This document shows positions 24,955-37,120 of a stretch of 64,000 bases of DNA, piece by piece. This stretch comes from Ginglymostoma cirratum. Lineage: Eukaryota. A program made the position numbers and the translations under genes. The notes under the pieces are model-generated. The model was not told the origin of the DNA and ran no database searches. It saw only the letters and a list, made by a program, of their open reading frames with translations. The stretch lies in the NCBI GenBank assembly GCA_024137785.1, contig JAHRHZ010000018.1, positions 31,615,515 to 31,679,514 on the forward strand. The letters are read 5' to 3'. How positions within the stretch are numbered: position 1 is the first letter of the stretch; the number at the start of each line of letters is the position of its first letter.

Positions 24955-25654
24955 TGCTCTAATTGTTCCCTCCTTACTAATCTTTTAGTAACTCTACCTT
25001 TTTTATTTTTTGTCCAATGTTCTGACTTTCCACCTATCTTTATAGAATTATATGCCTTTTCTTTCAATTTGATGCTATCTTCAACTTTTATATTTAACCA
25101 CAGATAACAGGCCTGTCTCTTAGAATTTTCCTTATTTGTTGGAATCTACCTATTCTGTGATTTCTGGAATATCCCCTTAAATGTTTGCCACTGCATGTCG
25201 ATTGATGTATTCCTTAAACTAAATTGTCTGATTCAAGAATAGAATTAACTTCCACATGAATATTGGTAACACCATTCGTACCTTTTTTAATGACCCAAAC
25301 TATCTTGCCACACTCTTAAACTATTGTCTCCTATCAAAATCTGGATGAGCCAAAGCATCTTACAACTTAAAATTAGTAAAGTCAAAGCCATCCTCAGCAC
25401 ATCCAACATTCACCTCTGCAACTCTGGCCCTGATCCAATTAGCCTCATGGGGTGCATCCAAAAGTAAACTTGAAATGATATAACCTTAGCACATTGTTCA
25501 AATGTGACTTCAATACGCTCATTTCCAAGAATTACTGCTTTTTGCCATCCTTATTTTCCCTCTGGTTATGCAATTTAAACCAAGTAAATTTATAACTTTA
25601 CCGAAGAAAAAGTGTAAGTCAGAAATGAATATTTTCAGGTTAAAGTTTTCACTG

Positions 25655-25683
25655 TTACGTTGAAACTCTCTTGTCTTTTAAAA
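25655..25683. repeat. Left arm of a long-range inverted repeat (partner 28435-28464)
   Basis: TTACGTTGAAACTCTCTTGTCTTTTAAAA versus the partner reverse complement TTACGTTGAAACCACTCTTGTCTTTTAAAA. Confidence 0.75.
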
Positions 25684-27354
25684 GGCACTTTTAAAATTCT
25701 GTGTTCAACAGTTCATTATTAGTTATTTCATAGAATGCCATCACATGTAATAGGCGCACATCATTGAAGCTTTAGTATTTTTCCAAAAGTGACCCTGAAC
25801 TATTTTTCACTCAATTGTTCTGTTCAATAGTGTTGTCAGCTGGATGGCAGAAGAATGTAACTGAGGGACTGCACTGTTCAGTTCTGTGGGAAAGGTAATC
25901 ACATTGTACAGATTTTAGATGTTCATTGCCTCTGATTGAAAAAGAAAATGGGTTGAATTTTATAGCAAGACTACAGGTCCCAGTGCTGGCAACAGAAACA
26001 AGTGCCACTTGCGTTCAGGCTGGCAGCTGACAATCACAGGGCATCTGGCCAATTATGTTAGTGAAGGTATGGGTCCTATTTGATTTGAGCCACAGAGAGA
26101 GGAAATGATGCAGCTTCCGCTGACTCAATATGAGCTGCTGATCCTGCGTTCTCTGTTGCTTGGTTTGAAGGGGTGATGGCTTGATTGGCCTGGAATCCTT
26201 TCCCTACCTAACTGCAGATGACATCCAAGGAGCTGAATGGGGGCCTGCAGTGACCATAGCAGGAAGAAGGCCCCTTGTCCCCACAGTACAGCAATGTCTT
26301 CCTGTAAAGTTCTCCTCCAGGATTTGAAGAAAAGGAGTGCAGTCCTGATCCCCATGATACAGGAAGTTGAGACCAGCCCAGTTGACCAGGAAAGCCTGGA
26401 TGGAGACAGTGGAGGATGTCCACAGTCATGGGCTCACCCCTAAACCTGGTTTCAGTGACAGAAAATCAGAGACCTCCTAGATTTTGGTAATTTCTCCACT
26501 TCACTTTCTCTTTTGGAACTCACCTCTGACAACACAAGAGGGTGCACCTGGCAGGACGGGAGTGATCAAACAGTCAGTGACAAGGGGACCAGGAAACAGC
26601 AGATATCAGATGCGTAGCTACAACTCAGGGTATGGTGCCCGTATGTCATTGGTGACTCCCACAGGCTCCCTGAAGAGTGCAGCTGAGTGGAGGAGGCATT
26701 ACTTTGACCCCCACCTGCCTAATCGTGCATTATCCTGAATGTGGATGTTGTGCTGGACTTTGGTTGAAATTAAGTGTCCCTCCTTGCACTTGCTGGAGAA
26801 ATAGACTTACAGAAACAGGGAAAGGACTATCCATTGTAGGTGCAGTGTATAGGTTCCAGACCTGCTTAGTCTGAGCCTGCTGCAGGAGGAGGCATTGGAA
26901 CTGGCAGGAGTTCAAGGCAAATGTGCAATTGCTGGGGGTCATCTTATGAGAGGTAAGCGTGGGACAGGAGGACCCATCTGGCTCACCCAGTACTCATGTG
27001 TCAACAACCACATCAAGCTGGTTAGAATGAAGAAATGGGACACCCTAATCCCTCAATGGTTGTATTCTTCCTTGCAGGTCAGGGTCATCCCAAGGGATTT
27101 GGAGCTCAACAGGGTCCAGCCAGTTATCTCTCAGTAGGATGAGGGATCCTTGGAAGGGGTAATGCCTCATTATTTCCCTGAACTCTCCACGGCGCAGTCC
27201 TCTTATGTTGGTAGGTATGTGTTCAGGATTAGGTCCCGGGTCACAAACCGGTCAGCACATCATACATTCCTCCAAGCAGCTCTGACAGCTGGAATCATTT
27301 ACAGTTGGAGGATTTTGAGACGCCAGGCTCCATGATGAGCTGAAGGCCAAGGTC

Positions 27355-27661
27355 ATGTTGAACTCCAGTCTGGGCTCATGTAGAGCTCCAGTCCAGGCCT
27401 GTGCTGAGCTCTATTCTGGGCCCGTGTAGAGCTCCAGTACAGGCCTGCATTGAGCTCCACTACAGGCCCATGCAACGCTCCAGTACAGGCCTGTGCTGAG
27501 CTCCAGTACAGGCCCACACTGAGCTCCAGTACAGGTCCATGCAGCGCTCCAGTACTGGCCCGTGCTGAGTTCCCGTACAGGCCCGTGCTGAGCTCCAGTC
27601 CGGGCCCGTGCTGAGCTCCAGTCCAGGCCCGTGCTGAGCTCCAGTACAGGCCCGTGTTGAG
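27355..27661. repeat. Minisatellite, about 13.3 copies of the 23-bp unit GTGCTGAGCTCCAGTACAGGCCC
   Basis: Direct count of units with a constant 23-bp period and no spacers. Confidence 0.95.
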
Positions 27662-28112
27662 TGTGCCTTTCCTCTTTAACAGGACCTCTCTTTCTGGTAT
27701 TGCATTTCATGGCTCATGTAGCAACGTTGCATTTCCCCGGCACTTCCCAAGCCGACAGCTGTATGTCCTTCCTGTGTGGCTGGCATCCTGTGATAAAGCC
27801 ACCCCGATCTAGGATAATGATTTATGCTCACTTTGATGTTAGAACCAATGTGTAGAAATCCAGCCTGATTCTACTGCGGTGGTGAATTTGCCCAGAGGGA
27901 CCCCCAGCCATTCTCAATAAGGAATTATACTTTACCCTTGTTTCTTTTTAGTTAAAATTGAATGATTTGCTCACAATGCAAAATTATCTGGAAGTTAACT
28001 CCAATCAAATGCTTGTATGTTTGGAGAAAAATATCTTATTCTCTCTCCATGGTATTTTGTTTCTTTCTGGTGGTTGGCTTACTAAAGGTCAAGTTTAGAT
28101 ATAACCAAAGGC

Positions 28113-28345
28113 TATGTAGAGGATCAGGGCAGGCTGGGATATTAGAATTGATGTGGGCCATGACCAGCCTCTCAAAGCCTCTCAAAGCACTTCATGATTA
28201 TTGAAGTCAGAGCCACTGGGCGTTAGTCATTAAGGCACACTGAATGTGTTTTCTTGGGTATGGGGATGATGGTTGTCTTCTTGAAGCGGGGGGGGGACTT
28301 TGGCTTGTAGGAGGGAAAGGTTGAAGATGTCGGCGAGTACTTAAA
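28113..28345 (-). mobile_element. Rex1/Babar-type LINE RT fragment
   Basis: Minus translation ..[36 protein letters not shown], with a 10-bp internal duplication (GCCTCTCAAA). Confidence 0.75.
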
Positions 28346-28434
28346 CATGAAAGGAACCTGCCTCTCAGCTTCATTTAGGTGGCAAGTTTAAATATTTATC
28401 ACCAGCCTTATGAATGAACATTGGAATTTAACAA

Positions 28435-28464
28435 TTTTAAAAGACAAGAGTGGTTTCAACGTAA
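28435..28464. repeat. Right arm of a long-range inverted repeat (partner 25655-25683)
   Basis: TTTTAAAAGACAAGAGTGGTTTCAACGTAA. Confidence 0.75.
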
Positions 28465-30699
28465 TCTGGAGGGCGAAACATTACTCAGCATAGAATTCCA
28501 AATCAGGTTAAACTAGTGACTGTGTTTTTTTAAAGAAAGTAACTGCGTTTTTCTCTATTGAAGATATTCCAAACTGTCTTTCATTCCATTGCAAAGGGAC
28601 TCTTTAGAATTATGTTCAGAATTGATAAACTTTTATTTATGCTTTATCATCTCATGCTTATTTACACTAACAATAAAAGGTGATTTATCACCTTTTCTCT
28701 GTGTACCTTGCTCTTATGTTGTCTCAGCACATCTTGTATTTCTTAACAAATCTGACCTTACATGCTCCCATCAACTCTGGCAGACCACTTGATACACTTA
28801 GCTTTTGTCAAACCTTTGAAAGCAAATTTTTGGCAAGCAATCCTTTACAGGAAAAAATCCCCTCAAATACAGTAGAATAGGTTGCATGTATCTGTTTTTT
28901 ATTACCTCTTCTAAACTTTCTACATCGGATCAAATTTCCCAGTAAAATTCGCCTCATCTGGGATACATTATCCAGAATAGTGGACGAAAAGCAAGGGCCA
29001 GAGCATTTTTAGCAATCAAGTCTGCTAAAAAAAAATTTCCCACCTAACAATCGTAAAGTAGGAAACATGAACATGAAGTATTACATCAATTTGCCACCTG
29101 GGTGGTGAGAAGTGTGAATTGCTATAAACTACAGCATACAATTGAATATATTGGATATAGACATCAATTGATGAATGTAGGTTGAAGTTTACTGTTCCCT
29201 AAAGCAGCACTATATTTCAGTGATACTGTCAGAGAAAATCTTAACTCCAGCAGCACTGCTGTAATCTAAACAAGGTGACACAAATGCTTTGGCTGCAACA
29301 AACACACGCTCATAAGGTAGTTTCTCCCCATGTCGCTGGACTACAGTCAACACCAGAAAAATTAAATAGTTTTCTCAGGCCAACATGTTGAATTGGCATT
29401 GGAAAGATATTCTCTCAGTCCAACACTGCAGTGCTGGCTAATAATCCAGACTTTGCATTGCTGAGCTAATCTCGTCTGGGTCTTCTCCAACATTGGAACA
29501 GGTTATTGAACAAAAATCAATCTACAATCTGATTCGCATGGAATTGTTTTGCAGTTATTATCAGTATTTGCATGTTCAACTAATTTAAATTTTGTAAGTT
29601 TGAGTCTGTGGAGCACTAACATATTATGAAACTATTTCTATCATGTAAACTTGACATCAAAGTTGTCCCTTAAGGTCATCTTTAACTCACATATCTACCC
29701 ATTCCCATAAAAATATTATGATGCGTGCAAAACAATTTAACTTGTCGTGGATTTATTTAGAAGTACATAATGAATCCAGGAACATAGTTAAATATATTTG
29801 ATAGCTATCTATACAGGATCGTGGACTAGAAATCAACTCTTCCTTTGTGCCTGTGCCTCTCTGTTTAATAGAACCAGTTGGGTGAAAATGACTCCAGGCC
29901 AATGGTAAAAATATTATTGCTGAGAAATTAACCCAACTTCACAGAGATAGACATCTCAGTACTGAATGTACGAAAGCTGGCATATGTCCATTACACTAAC
30001 TACGTATATCGGCAATGACTGTAAAGGGCAGATATGTAATATCATAGCAATGGACTTGGTTTGGCTACAACACAATTGCTTAACTCTGTGTTAATTTGTA
30101 CCATTTTAATACTACTGACTATTGGTTTAAAAATGTTACAGCCTGCAGAAAATGGCAGTCTAAGTTCTGGTTTTATGCCAATTTATAAATTCTGACATCA
30201 GTTTAAAGCTTGTAAATTTCTAGTGGTAGTGACCAGAAGGCACAAACTAAACTAACACAGGTTGCAAAATGGGTTGAGGAATTTGCTGTACTGTATGTGC
30301 TGAGTAGTTATAGGGTGATAACTGCAGTTAGCCTAAACATACACTAATGGAAGTCAACAGTCGAGTGTGTTAATACTTAATATCAGTATGTAGAAGAAGC
30401 ATTATATGCCAATAATGAGAATAAGACTCAGGAAGCACTTTCTCACTCACAGGACCATGGAAATATGGAATTTTCTTGTGGATACGGTAACTAGCCCTAG
30501 TTTACTAAATACTATAGGCATCTGTCTACATTAGAGACGTACAAATGGTTATATATGGCTTGACAGGCACCCGTCCACAAGCGTGGAGTCAGGTAAGAAG
30601 TGCTAGTATGGGGATTTAAATCACATATTTAGTGTAATTTTGCATCACAATCTAGCTATCTAGCTTACTGAGCTAATCCATCACCCTACCCCTCACATA

Positions 30700-30872
30700 C
30701 GATGCATAAAGTGTCGATTGAAACTTTTGAGACTGAGATTGATAGGTTTTTGACATTAAGGGATATGGAACCATGGCAGGTAAATGAAGTTGAGGTACAC
30801 ATCAAGCATGTTATGACTGAACGGTGATGTAAGTATAAAAGGTTGAAGTGTTTACAGTAGACCATATATTTC
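30700..30872 (+). mobile_element. Decayed CR1 3' end
   Basis: TTTGAGACTGAGATTGATAGGTTTTTG (FETEIDRFL) followed by a CR1-like UTR. Confidence 0.6.
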
Positions 30873-31277
30873 CCAGTCACCTAAGCTAGTTTATTTGTTA
30901 CCAATTGTTTTATCCTACATTAAGGACTTTGCCAAAGAGCTGTTACTACTTCGTTAATTCCTTCTCCATATATTGAGTGACAAGAAGCTGCAGTTACTGA
31001 CGTGCACTTTTATCATGTCAAATGAGCTTTTCTTGCCGCATTTTGAATAACTTCAATTGATTAAAGTCACTTCAGAAAGTTTTCATGACAAGGGGAATAA
31101 AACTAAAAAGATTTATATGCCAAGATTTTGTTCAGATATCAAAACTTCACTTAAATGCTCTTCATTACTCTCATTAAGTTCATTGTGTTTTGAAATCACT
31201 TGCAAGTCTTTCAGCTTGGTCAATCAAAAAAAGTTGTCAGTGTAAACGTTGACCCAATGTAAGCTCTAATATAGTAT

Positions 31278-31380
31278 CAGAGATAAAAGGTACTGCAGAT
31301 GCTGGAGAATCCGAGATAACAAGCATGGGGCTGGATGAACACAGCAGGTCAAGCAGCATCATAGGAGCAGGAAAACTTGA
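31278..31380 (-). mobile_element. Penelope-like pLTR end (family A)
   Basis: Near-identical to the reverse complement of 40453-40555. The 5' end is within 2 nt of the predicted HHR cleavage site. Confidence 0.9.
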
Positions 31381-31570
31381 ATATACATGTTTTATGAGCT
31401 GCTTGGCAACTGTGCATCTCCCAAATGTATGTACTGGATAAGTAACCAAACCACCTGCTCAATTTACCACTTAATATATGTGCTGTGCTAATAAGACTAA
31501 CCTGTCTGAAAGTACGGATTTGGCTTCTAAATGTAGATGGCCTTAATTTGAAATTGCCTGGAGGTCCTAA

Positions 31571-31695
31571 CTGAAGGATCTAGGCCCGAAGTGTCAAGCT
31601 TTCCTGCTCCTATGATGCTGCTTGGCCTGCTGTGTTCATCCAGCTCCACACCTTGTTATTTTGGATTCTCCAGCATCTGCAGTACCTTTTACCTC
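31571..31695 (+). mobile_element. Penelope-like pLTR end (family A)
   Basis: TGAAGGATCTAGGCCCGAAGTGTCAAGCTTTCCTGCTCC...CCAGCATCTGCAGTACCTTTT. Confidence 0.85.
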
Positions 31696-31921
31696 AGAAC
31701 CTGTAGGCTTACTTTCAAATGTTGATTCGGTGCAATTGTAGAAGTGTACCCTTGCGACATATTTCCCTCAGAGGTATGGAGTAATTACATTGGATATTGA
31801 CACCTCATTCACGCTGATGTGCTGTAAGTATTTTCAGAGAGCAAACACAGTTTACACCAACATGAAGGATCTTACAATACTGATACCATTATTGTGCCTC
31901 CTTTGTGCTCATACTTGCTTG

Positions 31922-32115
31922 AGGGGGTCAGTTAGCTCGGTTGGCCGGACAGCTGCTTAGTGGTGCCAACAGCGTGGGCTCAATTCCTCCACTGGCTGAG
32001 ATTGCCATGAAGGAGTCTCCTTCTCAATCTCTCCCCTCACCAGGGGCATGGTGCCCCATAGGTTAAACCACCAACAGACAGCTGTCTATTGAGAGAGTAG
32101 GAATATGGTGACTTT
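31922..32115 (+). mobile_element. tRNA-derived SINE, family unassigned
   Basis: A-box-like GTTAGCTCGGTTGG and B-box-like GGCTCAATTCC. The body is shared with 9955-10105. Confidence 0.6.
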
Positions 32116-32159
32116 TAAATATCATAACATGTCTTGCATTGCACATATTTTTCAACTTG

Positions 32160-32414
32160 CAGTTTATTTTTAGTGGCTGTTTATTTTTCAAGTTTTCTTA
32201 TTTATTTTTGGACATTTTGTTCTCACTGATTACTCAGTGTGGCTTGAAGCTTCTTGGTAGATTTTGAAGAACATTTGGAATCTTGTGTACATATATATGT
32301 TTAGTGACTAACCAGCACAGTAAGCAACTGCAAAAATTAAACTTATGGTCTCTCAAGTCAGGTTTCATTCTTGGATCTGACTTGTCCACTATTAGTATCA
32401 GTTGTGGTCATAAC
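32160..32414 (+). mobile_element. Putative LTR 3' part
   Basis: Ends GTCATAACA and shares a subterminal block with 8850-8910. Confidence 0.4.
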
Positions 32415-32636
32415 ACGATGGAAAAGCACTGATCCGTACTGCAGAATCAAGATCCTGCAAAACGGTCCAGTGACAGCTCCTGTGTGATTTCCTCCAGGCT
32501 ACTTAGGTAAGGGGCTTCAATGGGGACAAGAAGAGGTGGCATCTTCAGCTAACAGGCAAGTCTGAATGGAGATCACAGAGGGTGCCAACTGCCATGGGGT
32601 ACTTTGTAGAACCTGGATACATAAGGCCAGAAACTG

Positions 32637-32745
32637 TAAGATAGTGAAGTGGAATTAGGCCATTTGGCCCATCAAGTCTGCTCCACCATTCAATATTGGC
32701 TGATATGTTTCTCAACCCCATTCTCCTGCTTTCTTCCCATAGCCT
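32637..32745 (-). mobile_element. CR1 3' tail
   Basis: Reverse complement of 53860-53960. Confidence 0.75.
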
Positions 32746-33329
32746 AATACAGCCCTTCCAGTGCGTGGATTAAGTTTAATTTCTCCCGTTGTGTTAAATT
32801 GCACAATTTTATCTCCCAGTTGCTCTTCCTTACCAATTAATCAGTCTTAGTTTATGGGGATTGTAGATCTGTCACCCATGAAGCCATGCAACCTTTTTTT
32901 GTTTCCTCAATTTCTGAAATTTAAAATGGTTTCAGCAAAGCCCTTACGCTGATTCAATCAAAATAAATAGATGTTCCAAGCCTTTTAATTTTCAAAAGAT
33001 AATTCGCAAATCCTGTGGTTCGTTGTGCCTCTTTCAATTGCAAATAAACATTACATGTGATTTGAGCTGTAATGCTTTTGGTTTTTTTCAACTGAGTATC
33101 AAACAAGAAACTTGCATGCTTTTGCTGATTTTGACATAACACTTTTGAGAGCTAAAGTGTTCACTTGAATAACTCTAGTATCCCAACTTCAGTGACTATA
33201 ATAATTGATTCCACGGGAGGAATTTCAACTAGAAATATGAACAGATTTGGGTCAGGTTGTGGTGGGTACGATTCAAATCTTAAATCAGAATCCCAAGCCA
33301 AAATTGCCTCTAATTTACTTTAACTGTAT

Positions 33330-33620
33330 TAGGGAGGTCAGAGGACTATGGCAAATAGTGAAATTTGAATTCAGCGTAAATCTGGAATAAAAATCTAGCC
33401 TAACGGTGATCATGTAGCCTTGTTGATTGTCATAAAAACTGTCTTATTTTCTTATGTCCTTTAGGGAAGGAAATCTGCCATCTGTACCTGGTCTAGCCTT
33501 CCTGTGACTCCATACCCACAGCAATGTGATTGACTTTTTACTGCCTTCCGGGCAATTAGGGATGGGCAATAAATGCTGACTTAACCAGCAATGCCCACAT
33601 CCCATGAGCAAGTAAAAAGA
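33330..33620 (+). mobile_element. tRNA-head SINE with conserved core and CR1-like LINE-derived tail
   Basis: Core GTCCTTTAGGGAAGGAAATCTGCCATC...GTGACTCCATACCCACAGCAATGTG. The tail GGGCAATTAGGGATGGGCAATAAATGCTG is shared with the LINE 3' end at 63667-63740. Confidence 0.75.
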
Positions 33621-34693
33621 AAAGATGCACTCCAAGGAGATGGGTTGCTATTTTAAATATGAACCTTCTTGCCATTCAGCTTTTTAACTTTGACTGTGGT
33701 TGACTGGACTGCTCAATGCTTGGGAAGCCCAGAGGAACATCCAGGTGAGAACTTCTGGATCCATGGGCTGAGTAGATACCTATATGCAGAACCCAGAATG
33801 CCTGCTGAAGAATCTACTGCCTTCTGTCATTCCCCACAAAATCTCCCACACACTGCTTCTTCCCTCAAGCTAGACCTCCAATCCTATTTGTAAGTCTCTG
33901 ATCTCCTTCTACACCTCCAAACCTGCCTTTCCAAGGTTTTGAATCCCCATACCCCTCCAGCTAGGCCTCTACCTTAGGCCTCTGGCCTTCCCTGGCAGGA
34001 ACCAAGGATCAAGAGAACACCCTCATCCCCATAATCAGCAACTCTCTTCCCCACTGTTATCGATCCACCTCCCACTCCATCAAACCCCTCCACCTCGAAA
34101 GAGAGTGGGATGTCCACCTCCCATCCTCTGGGATTGATCCCCTGCATCCTCCTGAGATCACAATCCATATCCTCTGTGTCCGGCTGCCTCTGCACACCTG
34201 CTCTCAATCCAACTGAAAACTAAGTTTGTCAATGGGGACGGCTTCCACACAGCCAATAGAGCAATGGACATCATGCACAGCAAGCAGACTTTAATCCTCA
34301 CTGTGTACAACGAAGTCCTGATTGTCATGTTCCTTGCAGTTTTCTGTCACCATCCCTGTCTTGGTCCATATAGGCACAGATGTTAATGTGTAGAGAGGGC
34401 TTGAGGGAGTAGAGTGGGATGACACTTATGTGGATGAAAAACATTTTTATACAGCCATTGGACTGAATAATTTGCCTCTAGTGTGGTATATTTACATTTC
34501 TTCTCCCTTGATTTTTCATCTGAATTCTTTCACTCAATCAAAAAAAATTGAGAAATTTCCAAAAATTTGAAATAAATAATCTGAAGAACTATTTATAAAT
34601 AGTCTGCAAATCTGAATGTGGTCAATTATACAACATTATTACAGTGTGTGTGGGCATGCAGTGCATCATACGCACCTTGAGTGAATAGCACTA

Positions 34694-35965
34694 GAAACAT
34701 AGAAGATAGGTGCAAGAGGTGGCCATTCGGCCCTTTGAGCCTGCTCTGCCATTCATCACTATCATGGCTGATCGTCCAACTCAATAGCCTAATCCTGCTT
34801 ACTCCCCATAACCTTTGATCTTATTCACCCCAAGTGCTATATCTAGCTGCCTCTTGAATACGTTCAATGTTTTTGCATCAACTACTTCTTGTGATAATGA
34901 ATTCCACAGGCTCACCACCCTTTTAGTGAAATGTCTACTCATCTCAGTCCTAAATGGTCTACCCCAAATCCTCATACTGTGATCCCTGGTTCTGATAGAC
35001 ACATGCATAATCAGGAACATCCTCCCTGCATCTACTCTGTCTAGACCTGTGAGAATTTTATAAGTCTCTATGAGATCCCCTTCATTTGTCTGAACTTCAG
35101 TGGAAACAATCCCAATCTAGCCAATCTCTCCTCATATGTCAGTCCCCCATCCCCGGAATCAGCCTGGTAAAGGTTTTTGAGAAGATGTGTAGCTCTCCAG
35201 AGCTACGCAAAGCCGAGGAAGAACACATGTACAGTGTCTTTAGAAACAATGGTTACCCGAAAAGCATAGTCCGCTGATACCTACAAAACGGACCACAACA
35301 GGAAGACACAACACAATCAGAGACACTAATCAATCTACCATACATTAAGGATACATATGAAATGACCACCAGACTACTCTGCTCCCAAGGAATCATGGTA
35401 GCCCACAAACTGACAGTCACACTATGACAGCTACCGATGAGAATAAAGGATCTCACAACCACGACTAACAGAACCAAAGTTATTTACAAGATACCGTGCC
35501 AAAAACATTATATAGGGCAAACCAGAAGAAAACTAGCAATCAGAATTCACAAACACCAACTAGCTATCAAGAGACATGACCAACCATCACTATTTCAATA
35601 CACATGGACAAAGAGGGACACCAATTCGACTGGGGCACTGTAGCCATCCTAGGTCAAGTCAAGCAAAGACATGCATGAGAATTCCTGGAGGCCGTGCACT
35701 CCAATCGGAACTCCAAGAACAAAGATGTAGGACGCCACATACCAACCATTAAGAAACAAATCCGGAAATGATGCCACCCACCCCAGCAAATCAAGACACA
35801 TAAATAGCAAATGGACAGAACACCGACGCTACACTGGGGGTGAACTGATGTTACCCAGTATGGTGACAAAACATCTGTGAGCAAGTTTACCAGCTCAGTG
35901 AGCAAGTCACCAACCACATCAGCCTGGCAAACTTTTGTTGTATTCCCTCGAGAGCAAGAGCATGC
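34694..35965 (-). mobile_element. CR1 LINE 3' region split by a PLE insertion
   Basis: ORF 34799-35020 reads TRDHSMRIWGRPFRTEM..VVSLWNSL..FKRQLD. The CR1 sequence resumes after 35918. Confidence 0.85.
35172..35917 (+). mobile_element. 5'-truncated Penelope/Poseidon-type PLE (thumb, GIY-YIG, 3' end), decayed
   Basis: VFRNNGYP..., LPYI, VIYKIPC.KHYIGQTRRKLAIRIHKH, with no Neptune-type Cys linker. 14-bp TSD ATCAGCCTGG(T/C)AAA at 35158-35171 and 35918-35931. Confidence 0.85.
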
Positions 35966-36812
35966 CCGGAAAATCACCTCATGTTCTTTCACGAAGACTG
36001 TCTGATCAATGGTATAATGTATTGTGGTTTCTTGAAATATGAAGGAATTACACTATTTAACAGATACCAGAGCTTGCATCAAATCCATTTTTCAGGTACC
36101 TCCATACATGAGGCAGAATGATTCAAGTTTAATTCAGGGGACAACCTTTTGGTGATAGAAGTCTGGGGTGAGAGCAAAGCAGGACAACCTCTGGAAATGT
36201 TATTGAAGGAGGTGGTATGAAAGATATTTGTCTGTTTTCAGATGGAGGCAACATACAATCAGGGGCATTTTTCAACTCACAGGGGAAGATGTAATTAAAT
36301 GAAACCATGCAATCTCCAATGTGAATGGATTGTAAAAGCAAATGAGAAAGTAATTTTCTGGAGATACAGGTTGTGAAGGTCACAATCTTTTCACGGTTTG
36401 TTTATTTTTAACTTCTAGTTTTGATTTAGCAGTCTCTGAGTAATCTTGGCCTTCTTTCACAACCCTAGACATAAGGAAGCTTCATTAACTCACAGTTGCT
36501 CTAAAATCTTTACTGGACTCTTGTTTGATCTGGCCCACTCAAGAGTGTGTAAATATATTGTGTTGCTGACTATGATGTAACCATTCTGATGATTATCAAG
36601 AGCTGACTGTAAAATATACTTCTCAAGATCAAGCTAGTGCCTGGGCCCTGTCTCATGGTGCATTTGCCCTTAGGCACCCTCTTTAGGGTGTATTCTTCCT
36701 TCCTCCACTCCAGTTTTCATTTACATCGAATTCCCTTGTCACAGCAGTTATTCGATCAGTTCACAAACATTATGATTTTTAGCTTGAGCCAGCTTCTCCC
36801 TTCATTTTGTTT

Positions 36813-37120
36813 TAGAATAGAATCCCTACAGTATGGAAGCAGGCTATTTAGCCCAACAAGTCCACACTGACTCTTCAAACAGCATCCCACCCAGGCTCAT
36901 CCCCCTACCCTATCCCTGTAACCCTGCATTTCCCATGGTTAATCCACCTAACCTGCGCATCTTTGGACTGTGGGAGGAAACCGGAGCACCTGGAGGAAAT
37001 CCACACAGACACAGGGAGAATGTGTAAACTCCACACAGTCAGGCGCCTGAGGGTGGAATTGAACCCGGGTCCCTGGCACTGTGAGGCAACAGTGCTAACT
37101 GCTGAGTCACTGTGCTGCCC
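36813..37120 (-). mobile_element. HE1-type V-SINE
   Basis: Same structure as 20597-20905. Confidence 0.9.

Larger units (their letters stand above)
21795..25220 (-). mobile_element. Older CR1 LINE (pieces 21795-22980, 24705-24740, 24955-25220) acting as host for nested insertions
   Basis: ORF 22251-22589 reads KANRMLR..RGIECKSRKAVLQLYIVRPHLKYCVQCWSPYL..ALEAVQRRFT. The sequence continues across the insertions (AAACTTTTA|CTATCTGTTTTT). Confidence 0.8.

Noticed and set aside
27355-27661. CRISPR-like array
   Set aside because: The units are contiguous 23-mers with no unique spacers, there are no cas genes, and the context is vertebrate. It is a minisatellite, and ORF 27411-27710 is its by-product.
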